The notes under the pieces were generated by a model that was not told where the DNA came from, ran no database searches, and saw nothing but the letters and a program-made list of their open reading frames with translations. A stretch of DNA of 64,000 nucleotides, from assembly GCF_009914755.1 (NCBI RefSeq), contig NC_060928.1; one strand, written 5' to 3'. This DNA is from the human T2T-CHM13v2.0 reference genome, Homo sapiens. Positions 33,410-46,793 of this stretch are shown here, piece after piece. A program made the position numbers and the translations under genes. Position 1 is the first letter of the stretch. Each line of letters starts with the position of its first letter.

Positions 33410-34316
33410 CTTTGTGGTTTTATCTACTTTTGGTCTTTGATGATGGTGACGTACAGATGAGTTTTTGGTGTGGATGTCCTTTCTGTTTGTTAGTTTTCCT
33501 TCTAACAGACAGGACCCTCAGCTGCAGGTCTGTTGGAGTACCCTGCCTTGTGAAGTGTCAGTGTGCCCCTGCTGGGGGGTGCCTCCCAGTTAGGCTGCTC
33601 GGGGGTCAGGGGTCAGGGACCCACTTGAGGAGGCAGTCTGCTGGTTCTCAGATCTCCAGCTGCGTACTGGGAGAACCACTGCTCTCTTCAAAGCTGTCAG
33701 ACAGGGATATTTAAGTCTGCAGAGGTTACTGCTGTCTTTTTGTTTGTCTGTGCCCTGCCCCCAGAGGTGGAGCCTATAGAGGCAGGCAGGCCTCCTTGAG
33801 CTGTGATGGGCTCCACCCAGTTCGAGCTTCCTGGCTGCTTTGTTTACCTAAGCAAGCCTGGGCAATGGCGGGTGCCCCTCCCCCAGCCTCGCTGCCGCCT
33901 TGCAGTTTGATCTCAGACTGCTGTGCTAGCAATCAGTGAGACTCCGTGGGCATAGGACCCTCCGAGCCAGGTGTGGGATATAATCTCGTGGTGCGCCGTT
34001 TTTTAAGCCCGTTGGAAAAGCGCAGTATTTGGGTGGGAGTGACCCGATTTTCCAGGTGCCGTCCATCACCCCTTTCTTTGACTAGGAAAGGGAACTCCCT
34101 GACCCCTTGTGCTTCCCGAGTGAGGCAATGCCTCACCCTGCTTTGGCTTGCGCACGGTGCGGGCACCCACTGACCTGCGCCCACTGTCTGGCACTCCCTA
34201 GTGAGATGAACCCGGTACCTCAGATGGAAATGCAGAAATCACCCATCTTCTGCGTCGCTCACGCTGGGAGCTGTAGACCGGAGCTGTTGCTATTCGGCCA
34301 TCTTGGCTCCTCCCCC
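33410..34316 (-). promoter_or_regulatory. L1 5' UTR with internal sense and antisense promoters
   Basis: ~907 bp, relatively CpG-rich; YY1 site CAAGATGGCCG intact at 34295-34305; short-form junction GGGTACTCCAACAGACC near 33527-33543. Confidence 0.88.
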
Positions 34317-36029
34317 GAATACTGTGTTATGCATTTTATATGCGTCATTCATTTTAGACTCAGGGCAAACCTAAGAATACGGAAGTATTATTTTATTTAC
34401 ACAATAGAAGATATTAAGACTTATAGATGTCAAGAAATGTGTCTAAATGGACAAGGGAATGTGGAAGTTAGGAAGAACAGATATGCCATCTTGCTCCTGC
34501 CAAGAAACAAAGGTACTATATTTACGAGTAACAGGGTAACTGTCATCTGCTTCTTTTATTCATTTGCACATGTGTAGTTTCTAATTTTTTTCAATATTTA
34601 CACAGGAAATTTGCAAGTGCTTCAGATATAAAAGAACACAACAAAAGAAAATAGAAGGAAACACTGCCCAAATTAACTCATTTTCCAAAATATATGCTGT
34701 CCATGTATTTTGTTGAAAAATATATAACATAAATGGTAGCACATAGCAACATTTAACAACATGAAGAGACATGATTAAAAATTATTGAAATTGCAAACTC
34801 TACCATCATAGTCAGGCACATCCTCTGACAATCTTAATTTCTGAAAAAATATTTGTCAATTTGAATTAAACTGTACATTGCATGAAATCTGGATGTTTCC
34901 CTTTAAGTACTTATTAGGGCAATATGCAATAACGATGTGAAACAGTAAGCAACTCATAAAAATGCGAGGAAAACACTATTTTATGAAATAATATAAAGAT
35001 AAAAACAGTGAAACATGATAAATTAGTTTCAGGTTAACAAAATTGTATGTTTCTTTTACTACTCTCCCCTCCAAAAATAAATAGGTTGAAGGGAAACATT
35101 ACTTGCTGCTATGTTCAGAGCTCTTAGCTTTGGTTTAGAAGGCAATACAAGTTCTAACATAATCATTATTTAATTTGCATAAGAACCCTAAATATTATAC
35201 CTTCTTAAGTATGAAAGATGTGATAGTGGAGAAAGATCCATAAAACATAACAAGTAATAATATGCCGAGTTTTGGAGATTGAAGTGACACATAAAATGGG
35301 CTTTGGTACTATCACTTGAAGATACATTTGTTTTGTATTAAGTTAGGTATGAATAGATTTGTCAGGTACTAACAGCAACCTCTGTATCTTTAGACAATAA
35401 TTCCATTTTTTGTAGCTATGCCCAGGTTGTCCTTAGAGCCTCTGAGGTGTGCTCATTGATGCTATGCAATGACTTTGTTCAGGCAGTGGAATGTTGCTGC
35501 CATTAGAGAGTTCGTGAGTCCAGCAGGGTCAGACAAGTGCTGGGATTTACTTGCAAGGCTTTCCACTAAGTCATACCACTCAAGCAATAGCTTGTTTGGT
35601 TTGACAAGTGCAATAACTATCAAATAGTCTGCTTGCAATTTATGTTTTATTAGCCCTTGCTAAGAACTATGGTCTTCTGTGTATTTTGACTGATGTGTCT
35701 CTACTATACAATATGGCCCTGGTGGAGGGTACCAGAGGAGGAGAAACAACCTTGCCATTCACCATCAAATAATATAAAAGGTGATTTCTTTGCCTTGAGG
35801 TAGAAAATAAAGATAAATATGCATTTTGTATTTAATAGTCTCCAAAGGAAGTTTAGTTACTGATTTAAGGAAAAAAAATATATGACACATATATAATTTG
35901 TAGAGAATGAAGTTTTATATAAGAGATTTTCTTGAAACCGGAAAGGAGCATAAAAGATAGAACAAGAGAAATTAAGTAAAATATTAAATCTTAGTTCATT
36001 AAATTAAAATATAATATTAGTAGAAAAGC

Positions 36030-36215
36030 CAATAATAATAATGTTGACAAATATTTATTGAGCATTTACCATGTGCCACCCAGTTCTGAACACTTTCCAT
36101 GTTTCATCTCATTTATCTTTGAGACACCACATGAAATAGGTAATATTATTATCATTATTTATGAATGAGTAACTGAGGCTCAGAGAGGGTAAATAACTTG
36201 CCTGAGATAACAGTA
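36030..36215 (-). mobile_element. MIR SINE
   Basis: ATTTATTGAGCATTTACCATGTGCCA...AACTGAGGCTCAGAGAGGGTAAATAACTTGCC. Confidence 0.8.
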
Positions 36216-36284
36216 AATTTTGGAACTGAAGGATGATGATATAATTATAACTAAATGGCTTTAAAAAACTATTGCCAGTATTCA

Positions 36285-36530
36285 AATATTTATTGAAAGC
36301 TAATTGTAATAATAGGAGTTAGCAAGTAGCAATTGCATAGTATTTTACATGGGTCACCTGGATTAATTCTGGTAACAGCTGTATGGAATAGAAATTTTTG
36401 TTTTATCACTTTATACATGGGGAAATTAAGGCTTGAAGGAGTTAAATAACAACTTCAAAATCACTCAGGTAATGATACAGCTGGGTTTAAGCTATCTACT
36501 TTTACTCCATAAATATTTCTCTTAAACACT
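36285..36530 (-). mobile_element. MIR SINE
   Basis: Degenerate core ATGGGGAAATTAAGGCTTGAAGGAGTTAAATAAC. Confidence 0.6.
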
Positions 36531-38144
36531 ATTATATTCCATTGTATATCTTTCAATTTAATAAGTTAAATTATACACAATGCACAGATATACTATGCAT
36601 ACATACAAATGTGCATACACAAAATTACATGTTGTTTTGTCACAGAATAATAGAATAATAAGAGTAATGACATGTGTAGAAAACAGAAATACAATCGTCA
36701 TAGGAGAAAAAAACTTTTGTGCACACTCTAATAGATTACTTGCCTTCTGCCGACTCCAGAGAAAGATTCCAAATTTAATGTTTCAATAAAAAGAACTGGC
36801 ACAAGTTTCAGCCCATTGACCCATGCTGCATCAAGTTTTTTAGTGTGAAAAATAGAACATCAAAAATAGACTTCTATACGAAACACATTGTTCTATAATT
36901 TGCCCCTGGATAAACACACAAATGGGTTCTACCTAGTATAAACATATATCATTTAAATAATTCAGAGTAGCTAAGGGGATTGAAATGAATAAAAAGTAAG
37001 GTTGCTAGCCTTTCAAAATAGTTGCTAGAGCCTGACTGTTTTTTTTAAAGCCAGTATTGTTCATATTTATTTCTCCTTTCATCCTATGTAGTATTCAAGA
37101 ACTTATAAAAGTGCATAATTTTTAGCCTTTTATTTATTTATACAAAGTAATTCTGGCATATATACCACCACTGGCTCTAACAAATATGACAATGCGGCAA
37201 ATAAAAACATGCTTCATTTATTACACTGCAGAATGGTGCTGTTCAGGGTGCAACGATTTCTTGAAATGTATTTTTGATGATAAGTCACCTGGCTCTATTC
37301 AGAGATTGAAATAAAAGATGGAAATGTAGATGTAAGCTAGAAAATACTAATGACACTCTATGGTTTGTACTGGCCTCAGCTACTCTGTTGGCTCAGGGCT
37401 TGGGAGTCACATATGGAATATTACAATCTACCATAAAGGTTAGGTGTTTCTCAAATGGCAGCCCTCTCTCCGTGGAAGCCACAAAACAAACTGGCACATC
37501 TCTCAGGAAAGTAATTTTAATATTTTTAAAACTATATTTATATGCAAACAAATAAGATATGGTAAAGAGGAAAAAATATTGAGGTTCTTTTACAGAAAAG
37601 AGAACGCTTAACAGAAAGTTCACATATATGGAGAGCCTCTAGAGATTTCCATTCCTCAATCCCCCTTTGCTGCTAGAACTTTTTAAAAGGAAATGTTTGA
37701 AAACCCAGAAGGTACTATTGGTGGAATATGAGGTAGGGAGAAGTTATTTCATCATTGGTAATGACTTGGATGACAATCTTTATTTCCTTCCCTGGCAAAT
37801 AAGTACTGCACAGTGGAATTAGGGCTCTGCCTTCGTGTTTTTATGACAAAATTCGTCTCCAACCAAGTGTAGTTTTCTGCACTAACCCTTGTCCACTCAC
37901 TGACTAGTATGTAAGCTCTTATAAATGAGCTTAAAAAGATGACTTATGTATTTTAAGATTATAAATATACACACCTTGAATTAGAGTGATTATTTGAATG
38001 TTGTTCCCATTTGTCAAAAACAGATATGATCTGTTAGAAGCCTAGGGTATATAAATATATATAGAGAGTATTATATGTAATATATATAATAATAAATGAA
38101 TTTACTTCAATTCCTTATGGAAAATGTTATTATAATTTTAAAAA

Positions 38145-38427
38145 ATTTTTATTTTAGAGAAAGGTTCTCTATCACCCAGGCTAGAGTATGGTGGCACAAT
38201 TATAACTCACTTCATCCTCAAAAGTGATCCTCCTACCTCAATCTCCTGAGTAGCTAAGATTATGGGCATGTATTAACATGCCCTGCTAACTTTAATTTTT
38301 GTTTTTTTTAAGAGATGGGGTCTTGCTATGTTGTCCAAGTTGGTCTTGAACTCCTGGCCTCAGGTGATCCTTCCACTTCAGCCTCCCAAAGTGCTGGGAT
38401 TACAGGTGTGAGACACTGTACCTGGCC
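38145..38427 (-). mobile_element. AluJ
   Basis: Diverged reverse dimer with GGGGTCTTGCTATGTTG and GTGATCCTCCTACCTCA. Confidence 0.9.
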
Positions 38428-38659
38428 CTATAATAATTGTTATAAGTGTTGTAGTTCTCTTTTTCCCTCTTCCTCCCTATATAATGTCTTTTAAGAAGAC
38501 TGCAGACGATGAACACCAAATTTGTTATTTTTAGTCAACCATCCATTCTCCCTGCCTTCAGATTCTGAGCAAATCATGCTGGATGCCTAATCAAAACTTC
38601 ATAAAACATGTATTATTTTTATGAGCAGAGTGGGCCACTGCAATTAAAAAAAAGAAACA

Positions 38660-39250
38660 AGAAATTAGAGGTCAGAAACTTGGAAAGAGGGAAATAAAAT
38701 TATCACAATTTACAGATGGTAAAACTGGGTACTAGAAACACAAGAAAAACAACAACAAAGTCTTTTCATACTACAAGAGAATGTGCTTAGGTAGCTGCTT
38801 ATCAGATCATTTATTTTTTAAAGTGGTTTTCCCATAGTCTATGGAGGAAAACACCATGAAATATCAAATAACCCATCTACTAAAGCAATGAAAAAGAATA
38901 TTAAGAAACAAATATGTAAGAAATAAGAAAAAATCTCTACAAAAAGTTATTAAACACCATCGTGGAACATTTTCAAAAAGATGAACAAATGGTAATACAC
39001 ATTCTATCATTAGCTAGGAAAACAATATTAATTCAGTGAAGTCTAATTTGAAAATATAACCACAGTACAATGCCAATATTGTTTTTACGCCTTACTAGAA
39101 ATAGTCAAGCTAATTCTAAATTTATCCTAAAAATAAAATGAATAACATAATTGAACTTCTGAACATGCATAGCCTCATGAATCAATGGAAAACAGAGTCC
39201 AAAGATAGACAGATTTGCTATATCCCAAATTGGCACTTAGGTAAAAGGTA
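38660..39250 (+). mobile_element. Old L1M ORF2 fragment
   Basis: Degenerate RT-region sequence (TTGGAAAGAGGGAAATAAAATTATCACAATTTACAGATG). Confidence 0.5.
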
Positions 39251-41028
39251 ATTACAAAGTTACTTAGTAATCTAAGAACAATTAATTTAGTACGTATTAA
39301 AGACATGTATTTGACAAAAATGGGATTATAATATTTTTAAACAATAATTTTCTTTTGAAATAATTTTGACTGGTTCTTTTTTTGTCCAAAATAAAGTATG
39401 TTTTAGTATCTAATATGCACATAAAACAGTAAATCAAACACAAATACAATCTTAGCTACATAGAACTATTTCATTTTCTTCTTTTCTTACAGCCTCACAA
39501 TTTATTTTAATCTCAATTTGCTCCCATTGAAGTATCACACACATACAGAGAAGTACACAGATTATAATTTGTACAGCTCAGTGATAACGCACTCACATAG
39601 TCACAATTCAGATGAAGATATAGAATCTTACCATCATCCCAGAAGTCTCCATTTCCTCCCCTCCCAGTTATTACCACGTCTCAAAGAGAGTGGTTACTTT
39701 GATTTCTCTCATCATAATTTTTTTTGCCTGTGATTGAGTTTTGTATAAATGACATAAAATGTTACAAATTATTTCGTGTCTTGCTTCTTTCACTCACTAT
39801 TGTGTCTGTGAGATTTCCATGCTTCGTAGAGCCCCATAGAATTTACCATTCTATTGGTGAACATTTGCATTGTTTGAAGATTTTGGAAAAACTGCCATGA
39901 ACAATCTTGGTCTACATTTAATAACTCATTAAGTATTTATAAGCTAAACTTTAGTAAATATTATAAAACTGTTTTCTAAATCAGTTGTACCAATCTATAT
40001 TCTAACCAATAGTGAATGAACATTCTATTTGCTCCATATCTTCACCAACACTTAAAATCATCTTTTATTATTATTATTAATTATTGCCACTGCTGTGATG
40101 AAGTTTTGGCATTCATTTTAGGCTTTAGTTTTTATTTACCTCATAACTACTGATGTTGAAATCCTTTACATTGATTTATTGATCATTTGATTACTTTTTG
40201 TAAGGACCAGTTCAAACTTTATAGATGTTATAAAATTTGTGTTTTCTTTTTTACTTATTTAGGAATTCTTTGCTTATTCTATATATAAGTCCTTTGTTGA
40301 ATATAAATATATCTTTTCTCACTCTGTAACTTGCATTTTCTCCCTCTTAATGGTTTCTTTTGATAAACCAAATTTCTAATTTTAATGGAGTTCAATTACC
40401 AATCTTTTTTACGGTTAGTACTTTCTGTAGCTAGTTTAAAAATTCTTTTTCTACCCCCAAAGTGATAGATATTATATTATTTCTAGAAGCATTATTTATT
40501 TAACAGTCAAATATATCTCAGTCTACCTGGAACTGGTTTTGTGTACAATGTGATGTAAATAGGTTTGTTTTCCTATGCAGATATACAATTACTCAGCATT
40601 TTCCCCTACTGTATTGCAGAGACATCTTTGTCTTACTCCAGTCAGTTTATGTGCTATTTATTACATCCTATTAGTCTATTTGCTTATCCTTGAGTTAATA
40701 CACCTGTTTTAACAAGTGAGACTTTACTAGAAGCTTTGATGACAATTGGGAATTGTATCTTCCAACAATGTTCTTTTCCTAAAAATTGTCCTTATTCTTA
40801 GTTATCTCATTTCTATATGAGTTGAAATAGGCTCGTCAATTATACAGTGCTGATATTTTTATTGAGATTGCATTGAATCTATAGTATTATTTCAGAAGAA
40901 GTGATAAGTGTACAAAAGAGTCTTCTCCATTGATTAATCTTTCTTAATTTATCTAATTAATATTCTTTGTTGTAGAAGTCTTAAGCGAGTTTCTTAGTTT
41001 ACTTTTTTGATCAATAATACCTCTTTTT

Positions 41029-41125
41029 AAATTATACTTTAAGTTTTAGGGTACATGTGCACAACGTGCAGGTTAGTTACATATGTATACATGTGCCATG
41101 TTGGTGTGCTGCACCCAATAACTCG
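41029..41125 (-). mobile_element. ~97-bp L1PA3/4-type 3'-end insertion
   Basis: ATTATACTTTAAGTTTTAGGGTACATGTGCACAACGTGCAGG...ACTCG; imperfect TSD ATAATA(CC)TCTTTTT at 41014-41028 and 41126-41138. Confidence 0.88.
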
Positions 41126-41651
41126 ATAATATCTTTTTAAAATTGTATTTCTTAGTTATTGTTTGTAAGAAAAAGACTTTTTTACATCAACATTTAATAC
41201 ATTGACCTTTCTAAAGTCATATATCGACTCTAATTGTCTAATATTCTTTTGAATTTCATATATACTAAAATTTTCTGTGAATAATTACAGTGTTATGTCT
41301 TCCTTTGCAATACCTATACCATTTATTTATTTTTCTTTCATCAATAAACTCTCTCCAAAAAAATATTGAATAGAAAGGATGTTAGAAATCTTCTCTATCT
41401 CATTCCTGGATTCACAGGGAAATTTTACAATATATCACCATTAAATAGGATGTTAGCTGTAAGATTTTGGTAGATACCCATATCATATTAAGTAAACTCT
41501 CTTCTATTTTTAGTCTGCTTGATATTTTTTAAAATTTTAAATAGCTGGTGAATTTTAACAATTTTTTTTGCATTTATTAGTATAATCATATGATGATTTT
41601 CCTTCCATACTATGTTAGTGTAGATAATTACATTGATAAATTTTTAAATGC

Positions 41652-42019
41652 TTATATAGTTTTGCTCTGTGTCCCCACCTAAATTTCATCTGGAATTGTA
41701 ATCCCCATAATCCCTAAATGTCAGGGGAGAAATTTGGTTTGAAGTGATTGGATCATGAGAGCGGTTTCCCCCATGTTGTTGATAGTGAGTGAATTCTCAC
41801 AAGATCTGATGGTTTTATAAATGGCAGTTTTTCCTGTAGTCACGCACTTCCTGCCACCCTGTGAAGAAGGTACTTCTTTCTCCTTCCCATTCCACCATGA
41901 TTATAAGTTTTCTGAGGCCTCCCCGATATGCAGAACTGTGAGTCAGTTAAACCTCCTTTGTTTATAAATTACCAAATCTTGGGTATTTCCTTGCAGCAAT
42001 GTGAAAACAAACTAATACA
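41652..42019 (+). mobile_element. THE1 (C/D-like) MaLR solo LTR
   Basis: THE1 body ending ACTAATACA; perfect 5-bp TSD AATGC at 41647-41651 and 42020-42024. Confidence 0.9.
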
Positions 42020-42529
42020 AATGCTGAACCTATTTTGAATTTGTAGATTAAGTCAAATTTGTAATGATATCTTTTTTAATATATGCCTGATATAAATTCT
42101 TATTTAAAAAATTTTTATCTCTTTGTTTTTGAGATTATCCTATTCCCTCTTTATTTCTGGAACTCCAATATACCTGAATATTAGACTTTATTCCATATAC
42201 CTTATAGCTCTTATAACTTTTTCTGCATTTTCAATTATTTTTTCTTTGTGAACTTTAATTTGGTATTTTCTACTAAACTATCTTTTGCTTCCCTAATTCT
42301 TTTTTCTGCTCTGTTTAGTGTGCTATTAATATTCACTGACTTTTAATTTTATTAATTTATTTTTTCAGTTTTAGAGTATTTGTTTGATTATCTTTGGCGG
42401 ATTTCAAATCTCTTTCTGTATTTTTGACTATATGAATTAACATTATTTTTAAATCTGTTTTCTTAATGATCTGTTTCCATTTTCTATTTTTTTCCCTAGA
42501 TTTTCAATTGTTGCATTGTGCTATTTGAT

Positions 42530-42887
42530 TACTATGATCTCAATGTTTGTGTTCTCCCAAAATTTCTGTTAACATTGAATCATCAATTTGATGTTGTTAG
42601 TAGGTGGGGTCATTAGGGGGTGATTAGGTCATGAGGGTGGAGCCCTCATGAATAAGATGAGTGCTCTTATAAAAGAGGCCCAAGGCAGCTGCTTTACACC
42701 TTCCACCATATAAAGACTCAGTGAGAAGACACCATTTATGAGAAATAGGACCACATCAGACACTGAATCTTCCAAGGCCTTAATCTTTATATCCCAGCAT
42801 CCAGAAATGTGAGAAATATATTTCTGTTGCTTATAATCCACCCAATCTGTGGTATTTTTTTAATAGCAGCCCAAATAGAACTAGACA
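42530..42887 (+). mobile_element. MLT1A0-like MaLR solo LTR
   Basis: GATTAGGTCATGAGGGTGGAGCCCTCATGAAT; perfect 5-bp TSD TTGAT at 42525-42529 and 42888-42892. Confidence 0.9.
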
Positions 42888-43049
42888 TTGATAAAACTGA
42901 TTTGTAATATTATTAAGAACCTTATAATATCAGTAGAGGCTCTTGTGTTATTAAGTTTTTCCTAAATAAATTTTTTTCTGGCCAGCTGTTAATAGCACCT
43001 TAAATTAATGTGGGATTGAGGTGAAATTTACTGATATACTTCATTTTCA

Positions 43050-45445
43050 AGCCTAGCCCAAAGTAGAAACATATAAAGATTTTCTTCTCCAACATGATTT
43101 TTCAAAGATATAGTTTTCATTTGTGCATAAAAATTTTGTCAGTATAGGACTTGGCAGAGACATATTCAACTGGTTCAAGTGAAGAAACAATTAGGTTAGT
43201 TTGAGTGACCATTTATCATTTTCAAATAATTTGACAAAATTTGGTTTAGTATTTCCACAAATATACCACTGAAATTCACCTTTCAGCTCCAAAGTTTTTC
43301 CCGAGAGCTCTCCCTCTGTTATGAATCCAGATTTGTTTATGTTTTAAAAGATTTATGTACTCTTTGTGCAAGTTTTTATATGTTTAAAAAATTTTCTCAA
43401 GTAAACTGATCATTTAATAAAGTAAATCATTTTGTGCCGTTATCCAGACACTTTACTTTTCATTTCCTCTTTAAGTATTTTTGACACCAGTATTTCTCTA
43501 TGAATAAATAAGTGTTATATGACAGTTTCAAGATTTTATTTTATACAATAGACAAAACCTCTCATAGAGCCAACCACTCATGGGATAACATAGGTAAAGA
43601 AGCCAACACAATTTCTCCTGAACAGAATTTTCTAGATATGAAAACAAAACATTAAATACATCTTGGCGTTTTCTTGTTTTAGATAGTACTTTGCAGCAGA
43701 GCAACATTGTTCATGAATTTCACCAACATTTACACCTTTTACAAATGCTAGAGTTTGACATTTAATGTTAAAATGAGTTAACTCATCAATCTAAAAGGAC
43801 AAACTGTTGTTCTTCCATTTGTTACCCTGAAATGTCTTCAAGCTTCAGGTGCCTTCAATATTTCAGTCTGTCATACTGTTAGACAGTGGGGTCTTCAATT
43901 TATCCAGTTACATCTTGACCTACCATTTTTCACTACAATTTTACAAGCTGGCATCATTATGTTCCCATCAACTATTTAACTTTTCCTTTTTTGGTCAATA
44001 ATTGCTGCTACTAAATAACTTGGTTCTTGAGACTTTTTATTGAATGTGACTTTTTTTTTTTACAAAAACTTCATTGAATTTATTGATGATTCCAGTACCA
44101 TTTATAGCAGCTCTACTTGCTGGGCAAGTGTAGTTTATTTAAGTGTATTTTCAAATTTGTTGCAAGTATTCCTTCATTTAGAAATTATTTGCAACAGGAT
44201 ATAACAGCTTGGATTATTAGTTCATGTAAAACTAATTAATAATTAACATTTATGTTAAAGACAAGTTTCATTGTTGTTGTTGCTGTAGTTTTTGTATTTT
44301 TCTTGGTTGCTGTGGTGCCAATTACTTTGAAATGACTGAATATCTTAATCCTGTATTACCAATCTTATCAAAATATCCATAGAAACATGTCTAAAATCAT
44401 CCTCTTCCATCTCACACTTCAAGTTAAGGAAACACCATTATGGACGTGCAAAAATGTTTGTAAACAGAAATATGAATAACATAAAAATGAACAATAAATA
44501 ATTTAAAAAGAAAATAACAAAAAACGTTAAAACTTAACAACTCTTCCAACCTACACTATTCATATTCTGCGGCACTTAACAATAATAGCAAAGTATCAGG
44601 AGGACTCCCGATTCATGGAGCATAAAAACTTTGTTTTCAGATGAAGCATTTTCAATGATACATGTGGGACTTGCTCCTGTAATTTAATAGGTGGTGCTTA
44701 AGAGAAGGCTTAAAGAGGTAAAAATACATAGAGGGTGACATTGTCAGCCTACTGTCCTCCTCTTTCTCAATAGAGCACTGATATGATTTGTCTGTGTCCC
44801 CACCCGAATCTAATATTGAATTGTATTTCCTATAATCCCTACGTGTTGTGGGACAGACCCCGTGGGAGGTAATTGAATCATGGAGGCGGTTACCTCCATG
44901 GTGTTCTAATAATAGTGAATAATCATGAGATCTGACGATTTTATAAAGGGCTTTTCCCCTTTTGCTTGGCAATTCTCCTTGCTGCTGCCATGTGAAGAAG
45001 GACGTGTTTGCTTCCTTTTCCCCCATGATTGTAAGTTTCCCGAGGACTCCCCAGCCATGCTGAACTGTGAGTCAATTAAACCTCTTCTCTTTATAAATTA
45101 TACAGTCTCAGGGATTTCTTCATAGCAGCATGATAATGGACTAATACAACTACTCACTGATTTTTAATGTTCCCCCACCCCCTTACCTGACCCCAATTTG
45201 ATGTCAAAACCTGAGAACATACACAAAAGGCTCAACCAAATCATTATGGTGTCCTACTGTGCACTGCTATATAGGACTGAAAGATGCTAATAGAATTGCT
45301 AGAGGTGTTGTCTATCACTCTGAACTCTATCACTGTGCACCACACAGTTCAAAATTATTTCCTTTTAGTCTTAAGATCTCTCAGAACACCTAATGGCATC
45401 TCAAGATGCCTAAAGATTCTGTGAAGTACTCGTTGAAAAACCCTG
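43050..45445 (-). mobile_element. hAT-Charlie DNA transposon fossil with transposase remnant
   Basis: Minus-strand translation gives collinear PLSNS (~43889-43875), SF*IDELTH (~43799-43773), HLFIHREILVSK (43514-43479) and HLNQLNMSL (43181-43155); Charlie-type terminus CAGGGTTTTTCAAC at 45445-45432; interrupted by THE1C. Confidence 0.75.
44779..45148 (+). mobile_element. THE1C-like MaLR solo LTR
   Basis: TGATATG...GGCTTTTCCCCTTTTGCTTGGC...GGACTAATACA. Confidence 0.9.
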
Positions 45446-45450
45446 AATCT

Positions 45451-45781
<331 letters not shown>

Positions 45782-45938
45782 CTAAACCATAGTAACCTTA
45801 ACTGTTGTAACAGTGAAGTCATAGTCTTATATTACTGACACGCCTGTCTTAAAAAATGCAGGCAAATTGCCAGGGAAGAAATAAGCAGTCTTTTTTAGTA
45901 TTGGTCTTGTAAAACCTAAGAATGGCAAATTTTTTATA

Positions 45939-45940
<2 letters not shown>

Positions 45941-45972
<32 letters not shown>
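45941..45972. repeat. (GT)16 microsatellite
   Basis: Direct inspection. Confidence 0.95.
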
Positions 45973-45975
<3 letters not shown>

Positions 45976-46793
45976 GACACATATTATAGAAATAAGGATG
46001 AATACTTTTTCATACATTTTTACATACATGATGTTGACTTACAAGCAGAACACTAAACCCTAGATAATACTTGATTTCTATTGCAATATACCAGAGGAAA
46101 ATTACAAAATCTCTAGTAAACAGCTCATAGTGACAGTAATTTTCTTCAAGGCAAAAAGTATGTTTTCCCAAAGGGCATCTATGAGATCCTCAGAGGGCAT
46201 AAGCAGATTAAAGAGGCCAGATAACTCTATTATTTTCTCCATCACTTTAAACCCATTTGAGAATCATTGTTTTGGCCCTACAACTTTTCATAGTTCTACA
46301 TGCCCAACTTAGAAAATATGTACTGTTGTATGCACTATGTTGCCTTAATATTGTCAACAACTCAATTTTAGAATCTATTTTTGACTGATTATACTTATTA
46401 AGATTGACTTAATTGTGGTAACAAAAATAACTTGAAAAATGAGAAAGAAATAATTATACTTTTAGCTTTTTAAAGGTAAAGTTATTTTTGCCATTATGAG
46501 AGGTTTTCATTTTGAAAGAGTTATTATAAAAATATTAGTTCAAATCTTATTATACTGTCAGCATTTTTATTGATGTTCTCAACTTAGCGGGTAATACCTA
46601 GCTATACACACAAAATCTTCTGTACTTACATAGCAACTTTTACCTCTACTACCACCTGATAAGCAGCAAAAGGAGGATAAATGGCACTGATAAAGACAGA
46701 GGAAAAGGCAAACATATGAATCTTCCAGTTAGTTCTCTGTATGCCAACTTTCTCTGGAGAGGTAAAATTAGATTTAGTTGTTTCGTTGTTAAA

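Larger units (their letters stand above)
39500..42500 (-). mobile_element. Old L1M (L1ME-like) remnant hosting younger insertions
   Basis: T-rich antisense L1 motifs (GTTGTACCAATCTATATTCTAACC, ATTGAGATTGCATTGAATCTATAG, TCACCATTAAATAGGATGTTAGCTGTA); limits approximate. Confidence 0.7.
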
